From an uncultured bacterium (GTDB lineage Bacteria > CSSED10-310 > CAZUFC01): a stretch of DNA of 17,595 bases. The number at the start of each line of letters is the position of its first letter. Positions within the stretch are counted from its first letter, which is position 1. The notes beneath the pieces were generated by a model, which was not told the origin of the DNA, made no database searches, and saw only the letters and a program-made list of their open reading frames with translations. A program made the position numbers and the translations under genes. Shown here one piece after another: positions 1 through 8,121 of the stretch. Where the stretch lies: assembly GCA_964619725.1 (NCBI GenBank), contig CAZUFC010000156.1:1-17595 (forward strand). Direction: 5' to 3'.

Positions 1-262
1 ACGGTCGGACTCAGCGTCGGACTCCTCGTCGGAGACAACGTCACGGTCGGACTCAATGTCGGACTCAGCGTCGGAGAAAATGTCGCCGTGGGACTCAATG
101 TGGGCGTTCTTGTCGGCGATGACGTCGGCGTCTCCGTCGGTGAAAGAGTGGGAGTGCGCGTCGGCGATAACGTGGTTGTCGGCGTATGCGTCGGGCTGAG
201 TGTCGGCGTTCTCGTCGGCGTCAATGTCGGCGATAACGTGAAGGTCGGCGTCGGCGTAACTG
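1..262 (-). repeat. Degenerate ~12-bp coding tandem repeat encoding (S/T)-P-T-x units
   Basis: GTCGG recurs mostly at 12-nt spacing on the + strand. On the - strand it encodes [12 protein letters not shown] and PTET units. Confidence 0.9.
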
Positions 263-1058
263 ACGGACAATTTTCATTTAAACTTGAAGGAATGCATTCA
301 TCCCAGTCAGAAGGCAAATTATTGTCATCAGCGTTCGGATTCAAATTCAGCGAATATCCTTCCGATACCCTGGAGGCATAATTGGACGGCGTACCTGTCG
401 GAGAAGGCCATATATCATTCCAGACCGCGAAATCCTCCCACGGCTGCCCGGTCGCTCCCCATTGAACAAAATCCGTTATTTCCGAAACGCTCAATTCATC
501 GTCAGTAGAAAAGAATAAAGCCACTGATCCATGCGCGTTTCTCATGTCATCCCGTCTCACACCGCTTTCATCTACAAAAAAATCTAGCATCTGCTGATCG
601 CTTACGCGCTTCCATCCCTCCGGAATTATAGGCTCCTCCCATTCCGCCCTGTAAAACAATGCCCCCGGAGTCGGCGTGTAAGGAGTCGGCGTATACCGGT
701 AATAATGTCCGCCGACGTCGTTTCCCGTTGCATTATTGTGAAAAACGACATACCCCAGCGGCCATATCTGCCTTCCTGACGGGAATCTGTACGGATCGGT
801 TCCGTCTACCGCTATCCAGTAATCCTCTAACGCTAATTGAAATGTTCGAGGATTATACAGCTCTACCCATTCATTCCCCGCATCGTCCCCTTCGGGATCA
901 TAATATACTTCGTTGATCGTCAGTGGGTAATTCCACGGCGGCAGCGGTCCGCCGTCCTCTTCTCCCTGCGAGTATAACGGCAGCCCTGTCGAAAATATTT
1001 GAAAAAACAGAAAAACCGTCGCAATTAAAACTCTAATATTTTTTGAATGTGCCGACAT
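1..1058 (-). CDS. Secreted/surface protein: signal peptide, lamin tail domain (LTD), long Pro/Thr/Ser-rich repeat; 3' end lies outside the window
   Basis: Absent from the ORF track because it has no stop in the window. Manual translation from ATG 1058 (preceded by GAGGGGG) stays open to position 1. It reads [31 protein letters not shown] (signal-like), then [25 protein letters not shown] and ITDFVQWG (LTD-like motifs), then [23 protein letters not shown]... Confidence 0.88.
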   Translation of the reverse strand, partial: MSAHSKNIRVLIATVFLFFQIFSTGLPLYSQGEEDGGPLPPWNYPLTINEVYYDPEGDDAGNEWVELYNPRTFQLALEDYWIAVDGTDPYRFPSGRQIWPLGYVVFHNNATGNDVGGHYYRYTPTPYTPTPGALFYRAEWEEPIIPEGWKRVSDQQMLDFFVDESGVRRDDMRNAHGSVALFFSTDDELSVSEITDFVQWGATGQPWEDFAVWNDIWPSPTGTPSNYASRVSEGYSLNLNPNADDNNLPSDWDECIPSSLNENCPSVTPTPTFTLSPTLTPTRTPTLSPTHTPTTTLSPTRTPTLSPTETPTSSPTRTPTLSPTATFSPTLSPTLSPTVTLSPTRSPTLSPT

Positions 1059-1335
1059 TTTCAGTCCCCCTCAAAACTCGTGCTCTGATGTTTAAAAAAA
1101 AAACAACCCTCGATTTTCTAATATTAACGGGAAGTCAAGAAGTCAAATTATTTCAATAAAATTTTTTTTTTAAAACAGATAACGTCAAAATTTCCGGAAA
1201 ACATATTTCTTATTTTCTCATTAGAGACTGTCCATAAACTCAATCCCCGATTCAAATTTCAATGCCGGACATGCGCTGATCATTTCATTTTGTAAAAAGT
1301 ATCGATTTATCGAACGTGAAGCGCTCTTCTAATCG

Positions 1336-2664
1336 TCAGCGTAAAAAGCGCAACTCAGGCAATGCGACAGATAAACGTCGATAAAGGTCTTTAGAACCGG
1401 CATACCGTATCGCAGGCTCAATAGATTTCGTTTTCTCCCTATCCTCCGCTATGTTCGACTCGCTTTTCTCTTTTCTCAAAATCGGCTGAATCGGAGTATC
1501 CGGGAATTTTTCACTTATTAACCGGATTTTTTCCGGCGTAGCTTCCCTGTCGCTGATATCGGCAATCACGAAAGAGACCCATGGAATAATAGCCTTCAGG
1601 AACGGATGGTGCGGATGGGTATTGAATTTACCCTCAACGTCGTAGCAGATGGGGATACGATCAATTTTTCTAACGCATTTCTTCACAGCTTCCAGAGTTT
1701 GAATCGCAGCATCTCCGAAAGTCCCGAGAATAAGAACAGCCTTTAAGGTTAAGCATTCAATCGATTGTATAACGAGGGAATTTCTGAGAAGAAAATGGAT
1801 CATTTGGGCCTGAAGGATTCCGTCCAGCGAAATGGTCGGTTCATCGTTTTTTGTTATGACTATATCGGATTGGACAGAACCTTTCAAACGAAGATTCTGA
1901 GAAACCGTGCCCATCATTGTACATCTTCCGAACATGGTTTTCTCGAGATCAGCATCGGCCAGAGCCGAAAAAATAACATTCGTCCCGTTTAAATTAGCGT
2001 TGCGGATATCTGCGAATCTGAGATCAGCCGCTTCCAGATGGGAACCGCTGAGGTCTGCGAACTTGAAATTCGCTCCCCGGCAGTCGGCGTGATTCATTCT
2101 CAAATTAACCATCCCGGCAATTTCAAATCTCGATCCCACCATACTTGCATAGTTTAAATTAGCGTTCTCGAGGTCCGCGCCGAAAAAATCGGCGAAATCC
2201 ATATTGGCTCTTTCAAAACAGGCATTATTCAACTGACATTTTTTAAAAAGAGCGGATTTCAACAGAGTTTGACTGAAATCTGCGTTTTGCGCCCCGGCCT
2301 CTGTAAAATTCGCTGCCTCCAGTTGGGAAGCCGTAAAATCGGCCCGAAAAAGGTCGGCCTGCTGGAAATCAGTTTTGAACAAACGAGATCGACTCAGATC
2401 AGTCTGCCGGAGTTCTGCATTGCTTAATCTGGCGCCGCTCAAGTCAGATCGGCTTAGATCAGCTTCAGAAATATCGGCTTCCATCAAATTGGCGTTCCTC
2501 AGGTCTATCCCCCTTAACTCCGCTCCCCTCAGATCAGCGCAGCCGTATCTTTCGTCTTCCTGGTTCTCAAGCCATTTTTCATGCGCCTGCAGAATAAGGC
2601 CCAGCGGTTGCCCCCTATGGAAGAAGGCGTCTGCGGGCATGTAAGCATCTTTGGCTTTCTTCAC
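1336..2664 (-). CDS. Pentapeptide repeat protein with a C-terminal alpha/beta (Rossmann/TIR/NDT-like) domain
   Basis: About 200 aa of A(D/N)LxxA-type repeats (ADLRG AELRG IDLRN ANLME ADISE ADLSR...) after an N-terminal HEKWL cap. The C-terminal domain reads KAVLILGTF...IPICYDV...SFVIADISD...PIQPIL. GTG start at 2664 with AGGAG upstream. Confidence 0.9.
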   Translation of the reverse strand: MKKAKDAYMPADAFFHRGQPLGLILQAHEKWLENQEDERYGCADLRGAELRGIDLRNANLMEADISEADLSRSDLSGARLSNAELRQTDLSRSRLFKTDFQQADLFRADFTASQLEAANFTEAGAQNADFSQTLLKSALFKKCQLNNACFERANMDFADFFGADLENANLNYASMVGSRFEIAGMVNLRMNHADCRGANFKFADLSGSHLEAADLRFADIRNANLNGTNVIFSALADADLEKTMFGRCTMMGTVSQNLRLKGSVQSDIVITKNDEPTISLDGILQAQMIHFLLRNSLVIQSIECLTLKAVLILGTFGDAAIQTLEAVKKCVRKIDRIPICYDVEGKFNTHPHHPFLKAIIPWVSFVIADISDREATPEKIRLISEKFPDTPIQPILRKEKSESNIAEDREKTKSIEPAIRYAGSKDLYRRLSVALPELRFLR

Positions 2665-2753
2665 TTCCTTCTCCTTTTCAACTCGCTTATATGCTTCGCA
2701 TCATTTTTCGGAAAAGTCAACTTCGACCTGGGCGTTTTGATCATCCCCGACTC

Positions 2754-2782
2754 TTGAAAACATTGTTTCCAACCCTTAATAT
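2754..2782 (+). promoter_or_regulatory. Putative sigma70 promoter for the histidine phosphatase gene, overlapped by a palindromic operator-like site
   Basis: TTGAAA (2754-2759), 17-nt spacer, TAATAT (2777-2782). The near-perfect palindrome TTGAAAACATTGTTTCCAA spans 2754-2772. Confidence 0.5.
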
Positions 2783-2825
2783 CGCTAAGACTCGGCATTT
2801 TCGCCGATGCAGGAGGTGTCATCGA

Positions 2826-3446
2826 ATGGCGAAGATTTATCTTATACGACATGGAGAAACCGTCTGGAACAGTCAGGGCAAGCTTCAAGGTCAGACCGAC
2901 GTGCCGTTGAATGATTCGGGAAAAAAACAGGCAAGGCGTTTGAAACGATACCTGGAACCGGAAAATATCGCCTTTATCGTCAGCAGCTCTTTGAAAAGAG
3001 CCGCAGATACGGCTGATATCGCTTCCGGGGGCCGTATTCCCGTATACCTGGAAGACGCTTTCAAAGCCCGCAGGCTAGGGAAATTTGAGGGTTCTTATGT
3101 ACGCGAAATTAAAAAAAACAATGCGGAAGAATATAAACTTTTACGGACTGATTTCGATTACGTTCCCGATGAAAAAGGCGAATCAGCCCGCAAATTGCTG
3201 GAAAGGGCCTGGCCGAAATTCCTCTACTGGGCGCAAAAAGCCCACAGGCAAAACGCCGCCGTCATCGCTCACGCCATAACCATTCGGGTTATTCTCCATA
3301 AAATAATGGGATTTGATTATTCTGAAAGTCCCCCGGTTCCAATGGGAAATTCCAGCATCCACATCGTTCAATCACTGGAAAACGGCCAATTCAAATGGCT
3401 TGAAACCAAAACTCTCGCCGATCATGAAATCGAAGGTTATGAATGA
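2826..3446 (+). CDS. Histidine phosphatase superfamily protein (phosphoglycerate mutase / PhoE / CobC-like)
   Basis: IYLIRHGETVWN (RHG motif), QGQTDVPLN, SSSLKRAADTA, GES and IAHA. The start is reassigned from 2691 to ATG 2826, which follows AGGAGGT (2811-2817), giving 206 aa. Confidence 0.93.
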   Translation: MAKIYLIRHGETVWNSQGKLQGQTDVPLNDSGKKQARRLKRYLEPENIAFIVSSSLKRAADTADIASGGRIPVYLEDAFKARRLGKFEGSYVREIKKNNAEEYKLLRTDFDYVPDEKGESARKLLERAWPKFLYWAQKAHRQNAAVIAHAITIRVILHKIMGFDYSESPPVPMGNSSIHIVQSLENGQFKWLETKTLADHEIEGYE

Positions 3447-3471
3447 TGATTAGTTTACTATAAAAATTTTA

Positions 3472-3501
3472 GTGACACTTCTTTTAAAATGTGTTAATAA
3501 T
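3472..3501 (+). promoter_or_regulatory. Putative sigma70 promoter for rplY
   Basis: GTGACA (3472-3477), 17-nt spacer, TAATAA(T) (3495-3501) preceded by TG at 3492-3493, in AT-rich context. Confidence 0.45.
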
Positions 3502-3510
3502 GCCGGAGCA

Positions 3511-3550
3511 TTCAGTTCCGTCAGTATGCTGATTAGCCGGCCGAACTGAA
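3511..3550 (+). promoter_or_regulatory. Structured 5' leader of rplY (candidate cis-regulatory RNA)
   Basis: TTCAGTTC (3511-3518) pairs perfectly with GAACTGAA (3543-3550) and encloses the hairpin TCAG-TATG-CTGA (3521-3532). The structure ends just before the SD AAGGAGGT (3557-3564). Confidence 0.4.
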
Positions 3551-3576
3551 GTTTTGAAGGAGGTATAGAAAAGAGA

Positions 3577-4257
3577 ATGAGAGAAATTACGCTATTAGTG
3601 GAAAAAAGAGGTAACAGCGGAAAAGGAATCGCCCGGAAACTGAGATACGCGGGTATGGTTCCGGGAGTGCTTTACGGTCCGGATAATCCTTCCATCTTAT
3701 TGACGGCGGACCCGAATGAAATCAGAAAGACGTTAAGAGATGCCGGGCGCAATACGATTTTAACTTTAAAAACGACAGAAGGCGATGATACGGAAATAGA
3801 CGGCAAGTTGGCTATATTTAAAGATTTTCAATATCATCCCGTCAACGGCAATATTCTTCATGTCGATTTCTATGAAATCTCCATGAAAAAGCAACTTACT
3901 ATCGATGTCAGGATCGACTTTGCAGGAAAATCCAAGGACGAAGAAACCGGAGCAGTCCGGCAGGAATCACTGAAAGAACTCTATATCCGATGTCTGCCTA
4001 AAGATATCCCGGAATCCATAAAATTGGACGTTTCCGAACTGTCTGTCGGGGATACCCTCTTTGTTCGGGATATTGAGCTTCCCGAAGGAGTAGAAGTCAT
4101 GGAGGATTTGGATACTGTCGTATTCTCGATCCTTGCTCCTGAAAAAGAAGAGGTTCCGGAAAAAGTTGAAGAGGAAGCAGAAGCTGAAGAAGGCGCGGTT
4201 GAGGAAGGTGCGGAAGAAGGCGCTGCAGAAGAGTCGGAGGAAACGCCTGCAGAGTAA
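3577..4257 (+). CDS. rplY: 50S ribosomal protein bL25 / general stress protein CTC (long form with acidic tail)
   Basis: GKGIARKLRYAGMVPGVLYG, KDFQYHPVNGNILHVDFY, CLPKDIPESIKLDVSELSVGDTLFVRDI, a Glu/Ala-rich tail and a strong SD. Confidence 0.97.
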   Translation: MREITLLVEKRGNSGKGIARKLRYAGMVPGVLYGPDNPSILLTADPNEIRKTLRDAGRNTILTLKTTEGDDTEIDGKLAIFKDFQYHPVNGNILHVDFYEISMKKQLTIDVRIDFAGKSKDEETGAVRQESLKELYIRCLPKDIPESIKLDVSELSVGDTLFVRDIELPEGVEVMEDLDTVVFSILAPEKEEVPEKVEEEAEAEEGAVEEGAEEGAAEESEETPAE

Positions 4258-4369
4258 GATAAGTCGACTTTTATCCGTATTTGACAGAAGGAAAAGGATA
4301 ACCTTAAACAGCGTTCGCCGGAAGTTCGGACAGGATTAAAGCGAATTAGAATTAGCCTCAGCATTACAT

Positions 4370-6352
4370 TTGTCGAATTTTTCGCCATTGATTTGTAGAA
4401 AGTTGCAAAGTAATGAAAAAATAGTAAACCGGGGCGTCAAAGGATTGCCTTTGTTTATTTTTTTACTGGCTTTATTTTTACGGGCCCTTCATTTTCAGTT
4501 CTTCTACGGTCACCCTTTTTTCGATCATCCGATCATAGACGGATTAGCCTATCACCAAAAAGCCCTCCATATTCTCGCTGACGGTTCCAGTCCAAAAGAA
4601 GTATTCTTCCAGGACCCTCTTTATCCCCGTTTCCTTGTCGCAATATATTCTATTTTCGGAGTGAATTTCACGCCGGTTTACGCGGTTCAGATGTTGCTGG
4701 GTTCCCTGATCCCGGTTGCACTCTACTACATGGTCCTTAAATTACTTTCGAAAAAAACCGCTATTCTCGCTTCTCTAATTGCAGCCTGTTATCCCACCTT
4801 TATTTTCTACGATGTTCTTCTCATGAAAGAATCCCTCGGGCTGTTTCTTTGCGTAGCCGCTTTCTGGAGCATAATAACGGCGGTATATTCATCCAAGTCA
4901 GTATGGCTGCTTTTTCCGACAGGCATCCTGTACGGTTTGGCAGTGATGACCCGCGGCAATTTACTCCTTTTCTCTCCTTTCCTGGTCGTCTGGATATTGT
5001 TTTCCGTTCATCCCATAGAAACCATGAAAAAAAGAATTAAAGCATCGGTCATATTGGCTGCGGGAGTCACCCTGGCCATTCTTCCGGTTTCACTCAGAAA
5101 TTACTTTGTCGGAGGTGAATTCGTATTGCTGACGGCCCAGGGCGGGGCCAATTTCTTCCTCGGCAATAATCCCGAATCCGACGGGGCTTCCGGCCGACCA
5201 AAATTCATCCGAAAGACCCCGGTTTATGAAAAAGACGATTTCAGGGCTGAAGCGGAAAAAAGACTGGGACGACCATTGTCCGCCAAAGAGGTCGACGATT
5301 ACTGGTTCGAGCAGGGCATTCGATTCATCAAAGAACAACCTGCCGCTTTCCTGAAACTCACTCTCCGGAAGTTCCTCCTCTTCTTTAATTATTTTGAAAT
5401 TCCCGATAATTATAACATTTATTATTTTCATAAAATATCGCCGATCCTGAAAATGCCTTTTATACGATACGGCCTTATCGTTCCTTTAGCGCTGACCGGA
5501 ATGCTGATGAATTCAGGTAAATTTCGCAAACTGATGCTGCTTTATCTTTTCATCATCGTTTATGCAGGCACCGTGATAATTTTTCACGTTTATGCCCGCT
5601 ACAGGCTTACAGCCGCTCCCTTTTTCATCATTTTCGCCGCTTCCGCCCTCATCGCTTATTACGAAATGATAACAAAGCGAAACTGGAAAAAATTAATGGT
5701 CTTTTTGTCTTTTTCGATCATATTCTGGTTTTTCAGTCATATGGACGTCGCCAATTATACTCTGGCGCGATCTTATTATACGCAAGGATTTATTATGTCT
5801 CAGGAGAACCGTTTTCCCGAAGCGCTTGATCTGTACGAAAAAGCAATCGAAATCGATCCCAATTATTCGGAAGCCTACAATAACATCGGACGCATATTGT
5901 ATTCTCACCAACGATACGATGAAGCTGAAAAATACTGGATGAAGAGCCTGGAGAGCAACCCTGACCTTCCTGAAGTGCGTAATAACCTGGGCACCCTTTT
6001 TATTCGTAAAGGGGATATAGAAAAAGCCATAAAAGAGTATCGCACAGCGGTCGGCCTGGTTCGGGATTATTTCAAAGCGCAACATAACCTGGCAAAAGCT
6101 CTTCTTCTTTCCGGACAGAGAGAAACGGCCCTGCAAGAATTCATCAAAGCCTTTAAAATGGACCCCGAATTGTTTCTCCAGGTTACTGGAACGGAAATAG
6201 ATACCCTGGATAAAAACCAACTGAGGCGATTCTGGTCTGATTGCCTCGAACTGGCCGTTGCTGAAAACATGTCCCTGGAAATCCAGCGTGAATTGAACAG
6301 ACGCATTGAAGTCACGACCGAAAATGAACAGGCTCCGAACCTTTCGCCATGA
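4370..6352 (+). CDS. GT-C fold membrane glycosyltransferase (ArnT / PMT_2, GT39-like) with about 4 C-terminal TPRs
   Basis: Many hydrophobic segments; first loop IDGLAYH...PLYPRFLVAIYSIFG; NFFLGNNP; RYRL. TPR consensus at about 5765-6172 (YEKAIEIDPNYSEAYNNIG, PEVRNNLG, KAQHNLA). The start is uncertain (TTG at 4370, 4403 or 4445). Confidence 0.85.
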   Translation: MSNFSPLICRKLQSNEKIVNRGVKGLPLFIFLLALFLRALHFQFFYGHPFFDHPIIDGLAYHQKALHILADGSSPKEVFFQDPLYPRFLVAIYSIFGVNFTPVYAVQMLLGSLIPVALYYMVLKLLSKKTAILASLIAACYPTFIFYDVLLMKESLGLFLCVAAFWSIITAVYSSKSVWLLFPTGILYGLAVMTRGNLLLFSPFLVVWILFSVHPIETMKKRIKASVILAAGVTLAILPVSLRNYFVGGEFVLLTAQGGANFFLGNNPESDGASGRPKFIRKTPVYEKDDFRAEAEKRLGRPLSAKEVDDYWFEQGIRFIKEQPAAFLKLTLRKFLLFFNYFEIPDNYNIYYFHKISPILKMPFIRYGLIVPLALTGMLMNSGKFRKLMLLYLFIIVYAGTVIIFHVYARYRLTAAPFFIIFAASALIAYYEMITKRNWKKLMVFLSFSIIFWFFSHMDVANYTLARSYYTQGFIMSQENRFPEALDLYEKAIEIDPNYSEAYNNIGRILYSHQRYDEAEKYWMKSLESNPDLPEVRNNLGTLFIRKGDIEKAIKEYRTAVGLVRDYFKAQHNLAKALLLSGQRETALQEFIKAFKMDPELFLQVTGTEIDTLDKNQLRRFWSDCLELAVAENMSLEIQRELNRRIEVTTENEQAPNLSP

Positions 6353-6518
6353 ATGCTGAAAAAACAGCCATTCAAAGGTTTTCCGACAACATGCGCTTGA
6401 AAAAGCGTCTGAGCATTGAATGGAAAACTCCTTGCCGTTGCCGCTCCTTTTCTGGTAGTTCTGCTGCAATTTGTGTTACAATATTACAAGGAAAGGCTCC
6501 TGAGGAGGAAAAGTTTTT

Positions 6519-7205
6519 TTGAAGAAGACGCCGAGTTTCCATGATAAACAAGAAATTGATTTTCACCGAATCGAACGAGTGAGTAAAGCATTGCGAGCAA
6601 AATCTGAAAGGATACCGGGAAACGTGTTTAATAAATATGAAACGCGTAATCCCGTCGGCAAGCTTCTGATCAGGCATTTCATTTCAGTGATCAAAGAGAT
6701 CGTAATATCCGTCCCGGCAAGTTCAATTCTGGATGTCGGCTGCGGTGAAGGCAATCTGACGCGTCTGTTCAGAAGGCTGTCGGATAATGAAACAAGAATT
6801 TTCGGCAGCGACCTTTCAAAAAACATCTATTCTCCTGAAGCCGTAAGCGACGATTCAATATATTTTATTCCAGCCGACATTTACGACCTGCCTTTTTCGG
6901 ACGGTTCTTTCGATTTCGTGGTGGCATCAGAAGTACTGGAGCATCTGACATGGCCGGACCGGGGCCTTCAGGAAATACTGCGCGTGACGTCGAAGTATTT
7001 TCTTTTGAGCGTGCCTCATGAGCCCATCTGGCGAATATGCAACGTCCTGCGGGGCAAATATGTGATGCGGCTGGGAAACACGCCCGGCCACATTCAACAT
7101 TGGAATCTGAGTAAATTTCTTAAATGGATCGATTCGTACGCTCATATCGAACTAATTCGGCTGCCGTTTCCCTGGCTGATTGTCTTCGGCGCCAAAAATA
7201 CCTGA
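6519..7205 (+). CDS. Class I SAM-dependent methyltransferase (Methyltransf_11-like)
   Basis: ILDVGCGEG (motif I), ADIYDLPFSDGSFDFVVASEVLEHL and GNTPGHIQHW. GAGGAGG at 6502-6508 precedes TTG 6519. Confidence 0.92.
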   Translation: MKKTPSFHDKQEIDFHRIERVSKALRAKSERIPGNVFNKYETRNPVGKLLIRHFISVIKEIVISVPASSILDVGCGEGNLTRLFRRLSDNETRIFGSDLSKNIYSPEAVSDDSIYFIPADIYDLPFSDGSFDFVVASEVLEHLTWPDRGLQEILRVTSKYFLLSVPHEPIWRICNVLRGKYVMRLGNTPGHIQHWNLSKFLKWIDSYAHIELIRLPFPWLIVFGAKNT

Positions 7206-7236
7206 CCCGAAACATCCGAACAGGCGCCGTCAACTG

Positions 7237-8121
7237 ATGCAAATCATTGCAGCCTCAGACTCCGCATATCGCCTGCCGGCATCCGCTCCTATCAACGGAA
7301 CGCTTTCTGCTTGCTATTCGCACGCCCTGAATATTACTCTCGAAAATGAAAGTACCCTGACGTTACTCAGCGGAAACCGCCCCCTGGTCGCAGACGGCTT
7401 TCTCACGAATCTCAAAAACTTTCTTTTCCTTAAACAGGGTCCTGTATCCCCGGTTAAACTGCTGCCTGAAGCCTTGCTCGTTGAAGACCTGCTGCTGAAA
7501 TTCAATATTCAAAGAATATGGCGGCCCCTCATGTGTCGACGTAAAATTATAAAATTCGATGATTTAAACCGAAAAATCGAATTTTTACGAAAAAAAATGA
7601 ACCTCCAGGGCGACCTGGACCACCCCTTCTATGAATTTCTTCAAACCGCCGGCGCCGCCAATAAAACTGCCGAAAAACTAGTGATTATGGCTGAAGCATT
7701 TTCTGCTGGAAATATCCCTCTCTTTTTCAAACATTGCCGCTTCCTTCTCGGACTCGGACCCGGCTCAACACCCTCTGGAGATGATTTCATAGCGGGCATT
7801 TTTCTGATTTTCAAAAATTTTACCTTTCCCAATATCCCTGTCGAAGAAATAGAAACTCACATTGCGGAACTTCTGAAGCCTGCCTCTTCGAAAACAACGG
7901 CCCTGGCGTTCAAATCGTTGAAATTAGCATCTGCAGGCTGTCTTGATGAATTGACCGACAGTTTGCTTTTACGTTTAGGTGAGCAATATTCATGTGAGGA
8001 GACGGCTGCTGCTGCAGAACGGGTTATGAGAACAGGAACTGCCTCCGGATATGCCTTGACAGCCGGCATGATCTATGCCCTCAGATTGCTGTCGGATCAT
8101 ATCAAGCGCGAGCGGAAATAA
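7237..8121 (+). CDS. DUF2877 family protein (YahE / YlbF-AllH-like)
   Basis: Signature LLGLGPGSTPSGDDFIAG (core at 7750-7785), KTTALA and C-terminal GTASG. It lies next to FdrA and DUF1116 genes. ATG 7237 (294 aa) is preferred over the overlapping TTG at 7180. Confidence 0.85.
   Translation: MQIIAASDSAYRLPASAPINGTLSACYSHALNITLENESTLTLLSGNRPLVADGFLTNLKNFLFLKQGPVSPVKLLPEALLVEDLLLKFNIQRIWRPLMCRRKIIKFDDLNRKIEFLRKKMNLQGDLDHPFYEFLQTAGAANKTAEKLVIMAEAFSAGNIPLFFKHCRFLLGLGPGSTPSGDDFIAGIFLIFKNFTFPNIPVEEIETHIAELLKPASSKTTALAFKSLKLASAGCLDELTDSLLLRLGEQYSCEETAAAAERVMRTGTASGYALTAGMIYALRLLSDHIKRERK

Noticed and set aside
1..262. Repeats as a possible CRISPR array
   Set aside because: The units are short, degenerate and codon-phased, with no unique spacers and no cas genes.
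88..381. Val/Gly-rich 97-aa ORF on the + strand
   Set aside because: It is the antisense shadow of the Pro/Thr repeat. The minus frame has the RBS, signal peptide and LTD motifs.
1221..1332. Possible IS end or MITE remnant (TTAGAGACTGTCCATAAACTC)
   Set aside because: It looks like a terminal inverted repeat, but the possible partner near 1305-1332 matches poorly. No target duplication or transposase is present.
2691..2825. N-terminal extension of the phosphatase ORF and the opposing ORF at 2661-2888
   Set aside because: A strong SD precedes ATG 2826 and the family's RHG motif normally sits near the N-terminus. This stretch is better explained as a divergent promoter region.
4141..4254. GAA-rich low-complexity repeat
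   Set aside because: It is explained by the ordinary acidic C-terminal tail of long-form bL25.
6420..6458. 12-codon ORF MENSLPLPLLFW upstream of the methyltransferase, as a leader peptide
   Set aside because: It has no SD or attenuator structure, and it lies upstream of the only promoter-like element nearby (TGTTACAAT, 6474-6482).
5693..6469. 258-aa ORF on the - strand, and other short overlapping ORFs in the track (e.g. 3981-4388, 10890-11327, 16512-16919)
   Set aside because: They are antisense or out-of-frame to well-supported genes and have no recognisable motifs.
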